A stretch of DNA of 64,000 bases from Daphnia carinata. Taxonomy: Eukaryota. Shown in pieces: positions 37,560 through 52,034 of the stretch (its first letter is position 1; each line of letters opens with the position of its first letter). The DNA lies in the NCBI RefSeq assembly GCF_022539665.2, contig NC_081332.1, positions 2,108,001-2,172,000 of the forward strand, written 5' to 3'. Both the position numbers and the translations under genes were made by a program. The notes below the pieces were generated by a model that ran no database searches, was not told the origin of the DNA, and saw only the letters and a list, made by a program, of their open reading frames with translations.

Positions 37560-38300
37560 TATAACAACTTGCACCTTTGATGTAGTACCTCGGTTTGTGG
37601 TATGGTATATCACCTTCAAAGAGATGTATTCCGAAACTGCCGTGTAGGACAAAGCGCAACCGTAGTACTCGGCAGCATTTGTGTAGTACTTTGCTTCCAT
37701 ACCTTAAGAGATAAACCTGGCATATGGGGTAGCATGTAAAAATCAGAGATTCAGTATAGTAACCTGCGCCAAATGTTATTTCGGAGCTCCAGTGTAGTGA
37801 GCCGGAAATGTAGTTCGATTTGGCACAGTAAGATTGGGTAGCGGCAGTGTAGTAATCTGAACCTTCAATGTAATAGGTGATATATCACAAGACGTTATGA
37901 AATACTCAGGTTTGTCGTACCCTCGAATCTTAGTACTTTGCTTCGAGAGCCATACATGTGAGCGTGGCAAACGGAAGCTTCCAGAGTAGCTTGCAACCTA
38001 GTGTTTTGGGCCTTCAGCGTAGTAGCTGGAGTTGCATACGTGATCTAGCATTCAGGCGCCTCCTAGTGTAACATTTGGGATACGCATGTGGCCGTGTGGT
38101 ACTCCCAAAGATTAGAATCATGTAAAGCTCGTGTATTTCTTTGTGTAAAAGTCTGGTACCTTTGAGCAGTATGTGGAGCGGTGCACGCCGTGGGGTGGTA
38201 GGGAACAAATGTGGTGCTCGTACTAGGAGGAAGACGAGCCCATCCAAACACCCAGTCGTTCCAACCATAAACGCGATGAGCAGCTTGATGCCGTAATTGG
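37560..38300 (-). pseudogene. Degenerate relic of a Tyr/Thr/Pro-rich repetitive protein of the Daphnia 'YYTEAPKYY' type
   Basis: Minus-strand fragments in shifting frames: EYHTATC, SYYAEGPKH*, EAKY*, TYYIEGSDYYTAATQSY, PAHYTGAPK*, EAKYYTNAAEYY. Stops and frameshifts occur throughout. Family assignment is from recalled motif similarity only. Confidence 0.55.
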
Positions 38301-41099
38301 CTATTACAAGACAGTAAACAACATAAATCTTGCTCTATTGTCTTATAGTTGCAGACAACCAAAACCACCTATGAGCAGTATGATAGATACCTTTTGTTGG
38401 TCTCCCACACCAATCTCCTCCAATTTTTGCATAAATCCTAATTGAACATTGTGCTTCAATGTTGCTATGTGCCAAGGTCAGAAAAACTTTATCTTCAACT
38501 ATTGCACAATTAAGTAACTTCAGTGGTGCATAATAAATTCCCCATTCAAACGCTGGATCCAATTCATTCCGATGTTTTAACTGCAAGGAATATGGTATTT
38601 GACCTGTAAAATGAATGTGACACATTTAAATTCCAGACTATGCTCATTACAACAGTAAGAAACCTACCTAATGCCCAGCGAGCTCTGAGATTTCATGTTT
38701 CAATTAGTTCTGACTTTTTGGTACTTTCGCACTAGAGGTTTAATGCATTAAACCTAATGAATGTTCAATCAAAGAAATATGGGTGTTAATTAACTAGGAT
38801 ATAGAATTATTCTTTTTTTAATACTTTACTGCTGGAAGTATTGCCAGTCCCAAATCACTGGACTTCTCCAATACAAAATGTGCTCACCATCCGAAATATT
38901 TTATGAATCCAACACAAAACCCATTCACTGATCGATCTCTTACAATGCCTTCTCAGACTTCTGGTTTTAAAAATTTTATAATTTTTAAATTACCACAATC
39001 ATTCACATATTGTCTGATAGATGCCCCTTTGTTCAACTGTGTTTTGTCCAGTCCCATTGTTAGTTCTGCCAAGAAAAGGATCTATGATTATTGTTTAGTA
39101 AACTGTTAATAAATTGTAAAAGAAAAGTGGTACCACACACCTTTCATATCCCAATTTACTTCTTCTGATAATGGGGCTATAAATGTCTTAGTAATTAAGT
39201 TGAAAACATTACCGCACTTTTATAACTATTCGATCTTGGGAGTGACACTTAATTGTCGAAGGAGTAATTTGTACAGATAATGATGTTATGAATCATTCAC
39301 TGGTTATTCTTTTACAGGCAGAATTTTCATAAGATGTTTCAGTTTTGTGACCTTTCTCACCAATGGGTTTATAATCCATTCTAGTATTTTTTTTTTCAAC
39401 CAAGATTTCAGCTAAGTTGTTACAATGAACAAGTTACAATACTTACTTGTTATTTGTTTTTGTTATTTGTACAATAATACTTGTTACAATGAAGTTCTAG
39501 TTCACCTAAGTAACAACTGATTTCTTTTCTCTTTCTAATGACCGGCTTCATTGATGTCATGGGATAAAACCAAGCTACGAAATCACTGCAGAACACGTCC
39601 TAACAAAATGGCCACTGTCGAACTGAAATGGGACTGAATAAAATATTCGTCTGATTCTGTTTACCCAGCTTGTTGTCCTCTCGAATTCTATTGGCTGTTG
39701 CCAAAACGTCCGCCATAATATTTTCTGGAAAGGCGGGAAATAAAATGGTTTCGGCAACTTTTCTTTATTAACGCTGCTCAATCTGCAAAACAGATTCTCG
39801 GCTGAAAAACATGTCGACGACAACAAAAATTAATGGAATCATAATTCTGGACAAGACGTAAAAGAAAATCATATACCTTGTTGAGAGAACCTTTCTACAT
39901 TTCCCAAATTCCTTGACGGTTCATTTTGTGATGGATGTGTACATACTAATCAGACACAGTTAATGTTGCTCCAAACAGTCAGAGGCATACAAAACAGAGA
40001 TTGCAAAGATTCCTAGAAGCAAAACACAAGATTATTCTGAAGGATCTCGAAATCTAAATTTTAGGCCTATTCAGAAAGAAAATGAATTTTGACATTGAAA
40101 CTACATTTTAAATACACTCTTATCATCAATAGGCTGATTGTTTTCTATTAGTGAAAGTCCACAATTCTTTAGTTTAAGAAGTGCATAAGAAATATTAGAT
40201 CACGGTGAATTATGGTTAAGCAATTACAAGATTCTTGAAATGAAGAAGAAAATATGGCTTACACCTCCCAAGCAGACCAACTAACAAATTTTTTATCTTA
40301 ATGCAAACAAAAAGATTGTGAAAAGCTTGCAATCCAATTTAGAACTGTGAACAAATTTCTTTGTTAGTCTTCTGAGCATTTGAATTCATCTCAAAGCTTT
40401 ATAGAAGACACAAAGATTGAACATCAACTATGTAGATGAATAGAAGAACATAAAAAAAAATAAGAAAGGTTTAAAACTCAAGGCCTTCAATAAATATACA
40501 GTCCCACGGTCATGGGTCATGACTTGTCCCCAATGTCACCTAGTTTTCTGCTACATCATAAAACAGTAATCTTTTGCTTACCCCATGGTCTGCTTGCAAG
40601 TATAGAATGGGGAAAACCTTCAAACAATTGCCACATTAAAATATAATAAAAACAAGAAAACAATACAGAATTATTTACAAGTGTCTTGTTTACCTTCACC
40701 TGAACATTTTTGCTTCAGCAACCAGATTAACTGAATCAAAGGATTCAAGGTCTGTCCAAGTATTAAATAATGCAGCTTCTTCTCTTTAGAACCACAAATC
40801 GTTTCGTATGCTTACTACCTAAAAACTAGATTCAATTACATACTGTTTTTTGTGGAAGCCACTGTGACTCCTGTAAAGCTTGGCCTTCCCTTACACTTTC
40901 TCTGTGCCCAACCTGGCCCCACACTAGCTGGATAACAAACATTTGTAAAATGTTTTCTATTTATTTCTCACTTTCTTTGTTTCTTTGAGCTGATCAGGAA
41001 AGATTTCAACTACTTCTTAGTTCCACTGTCACGTTTTCTCTAAGAATTAAACAGAAAGATAGTTAAGGAACAAATGGGGAACACAAACAACGTGGCACT

Positions 41100-41430
41100 C
41101 CATTCTCTAACAAAGCGAGCGCTACCTAGGGGCAAGCCATCTAGCGGCATGAAAAAAAAACATTTAGCAAACTTCGGGCCTGAGTTGCTCCTTTCTCTTT
41201 AATTAGGAAACACGATTAAAAGATCTATAACAATATATATTTGGAGGCCACTAAATGAAAACCCTAAAACATCTAAAACATTAGTAAATTCTACGTATAT
41301 ATATTGCCAATCACTATCGCCATCTATTGGCAAAAATATCGCGAAAACCGAGTTCGGCGGTGGTCGTTTCTGTCTGTCTAGACAGATTCCGTATCGGAAA
41401 ATTATACCCGAAACAAAAGTGTTCAGGTAA
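41100..41430 (+). promoter_or_regulatory. Putative promoter / non-coding first exon, possibly of the GT92 gene
   Basis: GCCATCTAGCGG (41136) and CGCCATCTATTGG (41318) resemble motifs at other gene starts in the window. A strong donor CAG|GTAAC is at ~41427 and an acceptor GTAG|GAC lies just upstream of the GT92 ATG (~57970). Confidence 0.35.
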
Positions 41431-44400
41431 CTAAAAGTCCAGTTCTCATGTTGCTCTAGATTTTGTTGCGAAATTTTCTACCGGGTGGCACTTTGCGGCT
41501 GCCTGTGTCACATTTCTTGTTCGGAGAGAGGGCGGAAGAGACATTACGCGCACGTAGTCGGGATTCAGCAATTCGGCAAAAGAAAAAAAAGGGTCGACTC
41601 TAAATCTACTTTCTAGGACAAAACCAGAATAAACGACAAGAAAATGAAATCGAGAGAAAGAAAAATAGGAAAACAGAAAGCAAAAGTTATCGTTTGGCGA
41701 TTTTAAGAATCGCATAATTACACATTGTAAGTGTATTTACATATTTTTAAAGAATTCCGACAGGCTGACCTACATAGAAAAGAGAAGCCCAAACTGTACG
41801 TGGCACGCTATTGTGATCAGAGGAAAAAAAACACACATAGGGCGAAGGTAAAAGTAAATTGATCACTATAGATTGTTTTGCTCCGGAGGTCGAAGTAACA
41901 CCGTAGCTTTCAATGGGTGTGGATAAAAAGAACACAATCACAATTGGTGGGAAAGTGATCTCGATTCAGCGAAGTAGCAGCGCTCGTTTTTACCAGTAAA
42001 AAAAATAATAAATAAAAACACATTATAAAAAAACACACACACATGCGTTAGCAAGATCTGACCTGACCCTAATGTTCTATCTTTCGTAAAGAGAAATTGC
42101 TTCAAAATCTTTACACATCGTCGTTAAACGTCGTCTATTTTATTTCCCTTTCAATTCAAAACAAAACGTTTTTTTTAAAATATCTAAAAACAAGTTCCAT
42201 TTTAATGGCGAATAAAAAGGAGGCAAGGAAAAAAAAAAAAAAAAAAAGTAGATCAACTATAAACTTCGTTGATTGCGTCAGCAGATTGCACCCAACGTGT
42301 TTCCCTGCCACTGAATGGCTCCAAACATACGCGTCATTTGTTATTTATTATTTTTTTCTTAAAAATTTTTTGACGTTAATGCTGCCCACGTACGTACCTC
42401 ACTTTGAGAAAGCGGTGTGCGTCATTATTATTAAGGTTTCAATCCTTACTGAACATCTGTCCATCTGCGTCCGAGAGCACACCACTTGTTTTATGGTACA
42501 TCGTCGACATTTTTTTTTTTTTTTTACTGTGCGCTATTTAAAAAGAGCACGGAGCCGCAAAATACAGCACCATCTTTTTTTGTTGTTGGGTGGGTTGTCT
42601 AGGCCAAAATTTAGGTTATGTCGAGCGAATTTAGGTTAAAATATTCTCGAAACGGGATTATACCTTTAAACGCTTCCCATCCACACGCGGTGATGATGAC
42701 AGTCCCTTATTTTAAATGCACGTGCAAAAACATATAACCGTTCATTCAAGAAGGGGTAAAAAATTATAATCCTTTATTATTATTTTTCTTCTTTATGTTA
42801 ATGTCACGAATTTGCATGTTCGCTTTCGGTGTTCACCTCGAACCAAACGCGTGCGAATTGATGATGGAGTGGGGTTCAAAATTTAGGGCGCGTATGTAGG
42901 AAAAAGTGTTTGAGGACTCGCCGTGTATTTTCTCATTAGATGATGTGGACAGTCGATTGGATACACGAAAATTGCACCTTCTGATTAACCCAAAAAAGTT
43001 TGGATTTGAAAAACGAAATAGTATACCGACGTGGGTGAACTTCTTTTTTCTTTTAAAATACAAAAGTATATACGGGGTGTTCCCTATTTTTCTTGGCTTA
43101 ATTTGAATAGCCCAAAATAACGATGCAAACGCACGCTTTATTTCACCGACTGAACCGCAACGCGTGTGCATTTTTCAGACCGACATTGTTTTTCGTGCAT
43201 CATTATACATCCAATTTGATCTTGATTTATTTTTTCATTTGATATCCTATTTCAAAATCAAACGCACAGTTGGTTCGACTACATTATTTTTGAAATACCA
43301 CCGCAAGCAATTATTATAGCTAAATGCGCATGTGCGCGTTATATCGTGTGTTTAATCGAACTGTTCACGTGACGTAATGAACCTGCTTCGTACACGATAA
43401 TGATGCAACAAATATATACCCCCTCCCCCCCCCGTATATGGTTATATCCCTAACGACGGAGAGGATTGTAATAGCGTGAGTCACGTCATATTATAATACA
43501 CCAGCCATCGTGAAGAGATGTATATGCTTCAACTCATTTGCTTTCGGGAAATGCGAGTGTGTCTATACAAAAATGTCTATTGAGCAACGGCCGCAAAATT
43601 TCCCCATGACAAAACACCATCGATTGCAATAGCCCCATGTTAGGCATAAATATATACACGTACGCAATTTAAGACTAAGAATGCTTCGTAAAAAAAAAAA
43701 TGAGTATTTAAAAATGGAGACAAACTTTGCTCTCGGGCATTGGAAAACTGCTGGCCAGTGCGTATATAGAACCGCATATACATACGAATGCCTATTGTGC
43801 CAGCCAGTGTGTGTGTGTGGGTAAAGTACATATACGATGCTCAATGCCAAGTTTGAACTTTCACTATTTTTCATTGCGCATTCACACCTCTCGATGGAAC
43901 AATTGTTTATGCGGACGCTCGATTGAAGACGATCGGCTTCCCAAATCAATACAAATGGCTGTCATTAAAGGGGTTTTTACGTTCGGGCTTTAAGGACGTG
44001 GTACTTTCTCTTTCTCGTTAAGGCATCAAACATTTATTAGATCATCCTTTTTTTCTTTCTTTCTGATTTGTGTGTGGCCCCAGCTCTCTCGCGTGTGTGG
44101 CACTTTCTCTGCAAACATCCTGTCGGTATAACGAATATAACAACTAAACACAAAAAGCACTAAAAATAATTAGAATGATTAAAAAAAAAAAAAAGAAGAG
44201 AAACTCTTGAACTAGGTCGAAAACCGGAAGCCTATCTGCCCCTTTTTGTGTGTGTGCGTAAATTCTAACGCAGGTGCGCTATAGACGCCAAATCCCATCG
44301 ACCACGCTTCTCGCTAGACATTGCGTAACATTTGTGCCTCTTATGCGCGGTATACAAGGAAGCACAAATTTTAACACAACCCGTTTTATTTTATTTTTTT

Positions 44401-47400
44401 TTTTCCCGTTCATTTGTCCACCTTGATTTTGATTTTTTTTTTCTTTCATTTGCCCTAATGCGGTTGCGGCAATCACCTGCATTTTTCGTGGGGGGGAGAG
44501 TTCTAGAATGTACATGTAGTTTTAAAATATTCACTTCGCCCTGGCCATCAGCAATGATTGGCCAACACGAATAAGATATGTGAATTGGCCTTAAATAAAA
44601 CATCTAATAAAAAAAAAAAAACCTTTGGCGGACACGTAACATTGCCAGCAGGTACGTTAATCACACGCGCATGTTTTGCTTTTACCAGAAGTAGGCCTTT
44701 GCTTGCCTGAAAGCAGTGAAAGTCGATACACACACCTGCCCCCCCCCTCCCCAAACAACAAAAAAAAAAAAAACCTACGTTGGCACTGGTCTCAGAGATG
44801 TGTGTGTGTGTGTACACACATCTACTCTACATGTATAAATGATGATATAAATACACCACAGCTGGTTGCATATGTGCCGCATTCATGACCCGCGGAATTA
44901 TTTAACGAAACACGGACCACATAATGTATAGAAAAAAAAAAAAATGCTTGTTTTCATCATGTCCAATCCGGAACGGTGGTTTTTGAGAATGGTCAAGACA
45001 CAAGGTTGATTGTGTTGATACATCCATCGGGCTATATATACGTGCAACATCGAAGACCTTGTAAATCAAATAAAAATAAAACTATATTGAAAAATAGTAT
45101 ATATAAATAAGAGGGAAAGTGAGCCTTTCTGTGTAGAACCTTCTATTTTCATTTCTTTTCTATTATTTTAAGTTTTTTTTTTTTTTTTTTAGAAATTAAA
45201 TAGACGAGACGGGGGGATACTTACGAATGCCGACCACGACTTGTTATTTAGCCTGTTGACCATGGCTGCATTTTTTTTGGGAAAAGGCGATGAATTTCTC
45301 CGAGCGTCGAGAGCCTATGGACTGGCGCAATTCGAGAATGCCATAACGGGCGCACCGCATCGTTACACGGGCCTCTGCTTCTTATAACCCGTTAGTTTGC
45401 ATGTCTGCCTTGTTTTTTTTTTTTTGTTTTTTTTCTTTTAAGTGTGCGCATCTCTTTTAGCTGCACAGCCACCGTCCCGTAGCGATATAAAAAATGGATG
45501 CGAAAAAGAGAAACACAGGGAGAGAGAGAGAGAGAGTTGAAGTTAAACTGACAATGCAACCTTGGCTATATATTCGTAGATGATACAGATACAATTCATG
45601 TTAAGACATATAGTGGATGTGGGCTAGTATAGATCCAAGATAGCCTATACACAGAAGAGAGTGCTTTTTACTCAATTATTATTATTTATATATGCTGTAT
45701 ATATTATGTTTTAACTTATGACAAGTGCCATCATCTTTTGCGGGGCGAAAAAGCAAGGGGAGGTCATGGCAATAATAAACGTGAGGTGTCAATAAGAATA
45801 CATGGGAAAGATTGTACAACAAAAGAAAAGGTGGAAAAGAAAAGAGGGAAATACAAAAGAAAGAAAAAAAATAAAATAAAATAACACAGCTACTTAGCAT
45901 ATAACATCACACGTGAAATGTTTCTCTTTAAACCGGACCTTGCAGTTCACATCGTTTTTAGCTATTCGTCTTCTTCTTGTTCTTCTCTTCTTTCTTCTTA
46001 TCGCATGAAAATTGGCGAGAATTTTTCAACAAGAAATGGCGTCATTCGTCCTTCTGCGCAAATAAAAAGAGCCTTCATTTTTCGTTTTTTTCAAAAAAAA
46101 AAAAAAAGGGAAAACGTTTATCGTCTGTGATTTGCGCGGCTTCACTTGGCGTTTGTTATATCGCATTGTTATATCGTCCTTAGTTTCGTTCCCGAAGCGG
46201 AACCATTCTTCCCCAACATTCTTCTTTTTTTTTTTTTTTTTTTTATTTTATCGAACTTAAAATTTCCCAATTTAATAATTATTTTAATTTCTACCTTCTC
46301 GTAAAGTTTCGCTTAATAAAAGGCGCATTTTTTTTTTTTTTTTTTTTTTCAAAAATAAAACGCGTTCAAAGAATCCCGCCGACCGCACATTTGGACTGTT
46401 GCAAAAGAAGAACCTTGTCACAAACAAACGCATGTTTCTACTTATCTCCTCCCATCATTCCGTAATAATGAAAACAGTAGCCCAATTTACATTTTTTCTT
46501 GAAAAATTAATGGGATGCGACGCTCTTAAAAAAAAACAAAAAAAAAAAACAAACAAAATGATTGCTGCGCTTAAATAGCGAGAGCTATAGACAAACTCTA
46601 GGACTAGAGTCGATTAACCTTCGTCCGTGAGAGCTGAAAGAAATGACGTCACACAAATTCTGCCACGCTTATTTGGGTTTGCGTGTATAGACAAAAGTGA
46701 CTTTGACCGAAAAAAACAAAAACAAAAGACAAACTCTAATTTTGTATCGCATAAGTTACAATAGGTGAGACCTTGCGTTTTCTTTGGAGACCAAACCAAT
46801 TTTGCGCGGAGAAAACCGAATATCAGGTAGCACTGCGTCCACTAAACTAAAACACGACGACTTTCTAAAATGCATAACTCTCTGTTTTTGCATGCCGAGA
46901 TCGTATACGTACGTACGCAGAAATCACTGTCCCGATATGGGCACATGTACGACGGCCGGGAGTAGGTCAGCTTTTTCGTCACCCGCTTTATTTGTCCTTT
47001 TTTATTTATTTTATTTTTTTTTTTTTTTACATAACTCTCTCTCCCCTAGACCGCATATTATTCAAGGCTCTTTGGAAACACGGCGTGTGTGGACTACTAT
47101 TTGAATGAACGGTGAGTTGACATTCGGCAGCTCGGAATGAAGAGCAAGTCACGAAGAAATGATGACAATCGAAATCAAGAGAGGAGTGGGGAGAGCTTTG
47201 TGCGATGCTAATCCATCTTTGCACACATTTTTGAAGAGGAGGGAAGAAGAAGAACGGCCCTTCTTACACGTCACGTCAAAAGGAAAAAGTGAAACGCGCA
47301 AGAGCGTGAACTGCTGTCATCTGTAGACACGCCGTCAACAGCCGCTTCCTCACACGCCCCTCCTTCATTCACGGAATCACAATGTTCACAATGTGTCATT

Positions 47401-50400
47401 ACCGTTTTTAAAGCAAAAACAATTTGTATAAATGAAAAAAAAAAAAGAAAAATCATAAAAGAAATCAAATGTATAATTTAAAATTTGTTTTTTTTTTAGC
47501 GGAAACTATAAATCGATGTGCCAGAATCCGTACGGAACTCACGTGGTCGTTCCGATCTAACGGTGTTCTTCGCATGTTACGGATAAAAAAAAAAAATAAT
47601 CCCGGAAGATGTAATATGTCTATCCATTGGACCTCAATCGCAACGAGTCCGCAATTGGGGACGCGAAAAGGACCGCGGGAGTTTTCGATGGCCCGCAATC
47701 CAACAGCTGCGTCGGTGCAGAAACAACAACAACAACAGCAACAACCAAAAAAAAAAAAAATCGCCAATAATTTTTATTTATTTATTTTTTTTTTTTTAAT
47801 TAATAAAATACGGGATCTGTTTTTTTTTTTACATCGATGAACCGTGAGAAAGGGATTACACCGCGACGTAAATTACACACACACAGAGAACCGGCGTGAG
47901 TTCCATTGCGTTATATATTAGCCTCGTTCTCTTTGCATTAAACTCTTCCCATCAGTTCCGAAACGTGTAGCCACTCCTTAAAGAAAGAAAAAAAAAAAAA
48001 AATGTTATGGACAGACGGGAATTTAAAACAAAAAAAAACCACACCGGAAAACATAAATCCATTCACGAATTATATATATATTTTTTTTTTATCTCTCGTT
48101 TGTTTTCGTTTTATTCGACGTGGGCTATGACGTTTGTCACATTGCGGCTCTTCTCGGCATTCGGACTTTGCGTTCCAGTACACATCGGGATGAAAGTAGT
48201 ACGAATAAAAAATAAAAAAAAAACTTTCGGACAGCGAACATCAGTTTTTGGACGGGGGGGGGGGGGTTCCGCTCGCTAAAGTTGACAAGCCATTTCGTGA
48301 TTTTCACTGAGGACTTTCCCTGTTTGACAGAGTGCCACAGGAGAAAGAAAGAGAAAACCCCCCCAAAAAAAAAGAGAAACAACGGGTATCTCGTTGAAAT
48401 TTCATTCCGACATGTCAACAAACGCAAGACTGAATTCATTTAAATAACGTGCTGACATTTTAAAAAGAAAATTCCGAAATAAAAAAAAAATGATGCTAAA
48501 TAATTAGGTGAACTAGAAATCTGTTGGGTTTTTTTTTCAAATCCCCTATTTCACACTGTCGTGTGATTGGCGAAATGCGGGATGAGAACGAGCGTGTAAA
48601 ATATCCCGCATTTCTACATAATCTGAAAAAATTACGAAATTCGGGACATTTCACGGCCAACAGTGTCACGTCCGCTTTTTTTTTTTTCCCCAACTAACTG
48701 TGCATTTTTCATTCTTAAATGCAATAGGAAAAAAAAAATGGATACAACAACATGAAAATGAACCGTTGCCCCGATCCAACAAACTCACGAGCCGTTTCTT
48801 TTCAAATCGTACGGTCGGCCGATTAGGTCAAACAATAAGTCCATCGCGTACTTATTTATTTATTTTTTGAACGTACCTTAATTTGATGACAGCGCTTTTG
48901 GCTTGAAGTCTCACGTTATTCAACGTTATCTTCAATCGTCCATTTTTTTTTTTTTTTTTGGTTCGGGAAGTTTGACCAGATCGAAATATAGGAGTGTTAT
49001 TTTGTTACGGTACACATATACCATCATGGCGGGACTAAAAACTTTCACGACAAATCAGATCGTGAGAAAAATGTTCATCCCCACGTTGAAATGAACAAAA
49101 GAAAAACGTATTGTAAACAGAACGATGAAAAAGAAAAACGTTTTTTTTTTTTTTTTTTTTTTTTGATTTCGATTCTTGATATGTTACATACTGTCGCATT
49201 TCGTGATCGTTGGTCGGTGGCGGCTGGTCAAATGGTTTACTTACTTGACCAACCGCTAAACGATCGCCTTTTTTCTTCTGAAATATTTTGAATTGAAAAC
49301 TTTTTTTGAATTCTTTTAAAAGATAAAAGAAGGGAGAGTTTACCACCGTCATGATGTGATCGCATTGAAATGATTCAGTGTGTCCTACTTTATGAATAAA
49401 TGCCAGAGAGGGAACCGTGTACGCAAATGACTTGTAAAGATCCAAAATGGCCGCTGTTCAGTTTCTGTTTTTGTAAGATCGGCTCATTGGTTAAGTGGTT
49501 CGACGTTCCTGGAACAGTTACCCGTATGGATCGCAAACTGTCTATTTTAATTTTTCACGCCCTTATTATTTATTTTATTCTCCTAAAAAAAACAAAAACT
49601 GTGTTACCATTTTGAAAAACCATCGTCGCAGCCTCAATTCCCTTAGGGTGCTATCCGAAAATGAATTACCATATCTTAAAACAGCTTTCTCTCTTCCTCC
49701 ATGTTTTTTGTTCGTCGCCTTTAGAACAGTTCCAAACACATGAGCCATTTTTATCGCGAGTCAAATGAATATCACTGAACATTTGCCCTTTCTACATCTA
49801 GCGATTTGACCAGAACTCGTATCATCTCGATACGTGATGAAAGAAGAGCGACTGAAAGGGGGGGGGGGGGGCAATGGCCACGTTATTGACCCATGTCCCT
49901 TCTTCTTCTTCTTCTTCTTTTGGAAAAAAACATGGTAATTATCGACCAGTTTGTTTGATAGTGCATAGAAACGGTTGCCAAGTCATCAAGCCATTTGTTT
50001 GTTTGGACTTACATAGACGATATATAACGTCGCTGCAGAGCATTGGGCTCGTTCAACTTCTGAAGCAACGCTCTCAAACTTCTCTCGCTGCATAAATTTG
50101 CTTTTTATTAAGGCAAACAGAAAGCAATGGCCACGAACAAGTTCAAACGAAGTAGTTTTTAAAATGAAAAATTGCATTCGATAAAGAAAATCAAATGGAC
50201 GAACCAGCGAACATTGTCGTCGTTTGTTCTATGCTAATTCCCCAATTTTAATTTTTTTTTTTTTTTTGTGACGTTTTTCCAAGCGGGAAATCACAGGTAT
50301 TTAAATTTTAATCCTTTTTTGTTTTGTTTTGTTATTCTTGTTGTTACAAAGCAGCTCTATATGAAGTCGCCAGCAATGCACCGAGATACGAAATCTACCT

Positions 50401-52009
50401 GGTGATTCCCGGTTTTGCCAAATGTTCAGTGACACGTGACACGCGTTGCAGCTCATAGATGGTCTTCCTTTAAAAAAAAAAAAAAAAAAAAAAAATTACG
50501 GAAAAAAAATATACATATAATTTAAAGTTTGACTATATTGGGATTTGAACATGCAGAAACGCTGAGGAGGTGGGCGCCCTTGAAGGTATTCAAACAGCCT
50601 TGGGGCAGTTGGGAACTCTCTGGCTATTACGAAGAGGAGAAGAAGAGGCCAAGCCAAAGATATCTCTCTTTAAAGCCCTGCGGCTGGAGACCTGCGAGAG
50701 TGCGAGTACGGACGAACCGAGGTGAAACTCGCGAGGAATAAGGGGGGAGCGCCCAATGATGAAGACGACACTTTCTTTTATACTAGAAAAAAAAAAAAAT
50801 AATAAAACAAATTTTAAATGAATATTTAAAAAAATAAAAAAAAATAAAAAATAGAACTGGCAATAGCGTACCGTGACACGTGGAAATATTGAAGAACACA
50901 ACACAATAGCTTTAGAAATACGTGGGAATTCTAACGGTAGGATTCAATTGAAAATAATTTGCATATTATTCAGTATACTTAATAAATGAAATATTTTGTT
51001 GATTCATTCTGAAAGCCGGATGGAACGCGAAACGAACAAGAACTGGGCTGAGAATATCCATCGCCAAAAGTTCCTTTTTTTTTGGCTGGTTTGGGGTGAT
51101 GGGGAATGAATAACATTTAAACCCCCCCCCCCCCCCCAAAAAAAAAAAAAAAAAAGGAGAGGGAAAGAGAGAAGAGAAGAAAAGTACAGAAAAAAAAAGG
51201 GGGCGGCGTTATGAAATGGTGAGGGCCGTTCGAAGAGTCCAAAAGTCCGTTGTTCAACTCGGCTAGAAAACCAGTTGCAGTCGGAGCACCGTCCTCGCCA
51301 GTCACGCCTGCTTTTCGTATCCTCTTCCCTTCTCACACCAACGGCCTGCCCGCGCATTGTTCAAACATTGTTTTTATCGTCCTGCAAAAAAAAAAAAAAT
51401 TATAAATTTCCAGATAGTTTTATTCATCAAAAGACCCTGGTTAAGTGCTGTGGACATTGGAAAGAAAACCAAAAGTGAAACGATAACGACATTCCAACCT
51501 CTTGTTCATTTCGTTTTTGTATTTTGTGTGTTTTTTTTTGTTTGTTTTTTTTTTTTGTTTTTTCTTGTTTCGATCAAAACACAAATTGAAAATTGGAGTT
51601 CATTAGTGACATGGTGTTTGTTTGGACTTGACGCATCGCCGATAGATTTAGATACATCCCATCCGGTCTGAAAGCATCCAACAACAACGATGGCCGAAGG
51701 TAAATCATTTCCTATTTTTAGTTTCTTTATTCTCGAGGTTTTTAAATTGACGTCCTAGTTTTGTGATGTGTTGCACAATATTTTGAAAGACATCGATTCG
51801 CGAACTGCGTTCCAGTTCGTCTAGTTAGTGTCATTTCGCGCACAGATGGTCGGTATGGCTGGAACGTCATAGAACTCGCACATTCAACATTCTGTGAAAA
51901 TAATAAGATACGCATCCGGTCAGTGGCATCCACAATTCGGACACAAAACACACGTGACATCGAACCATGGCAACACCCTTTTTCATTTCGAATAGACACA
52001 AAAAGATGA

Positions 52010-52034
52010 GTGTGTGTGTGTGTGTGTGTGTGTG
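52010..52034. repeat. (GT)n microsatellite
   Basis: Direct reading. Confidence 0.9.
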
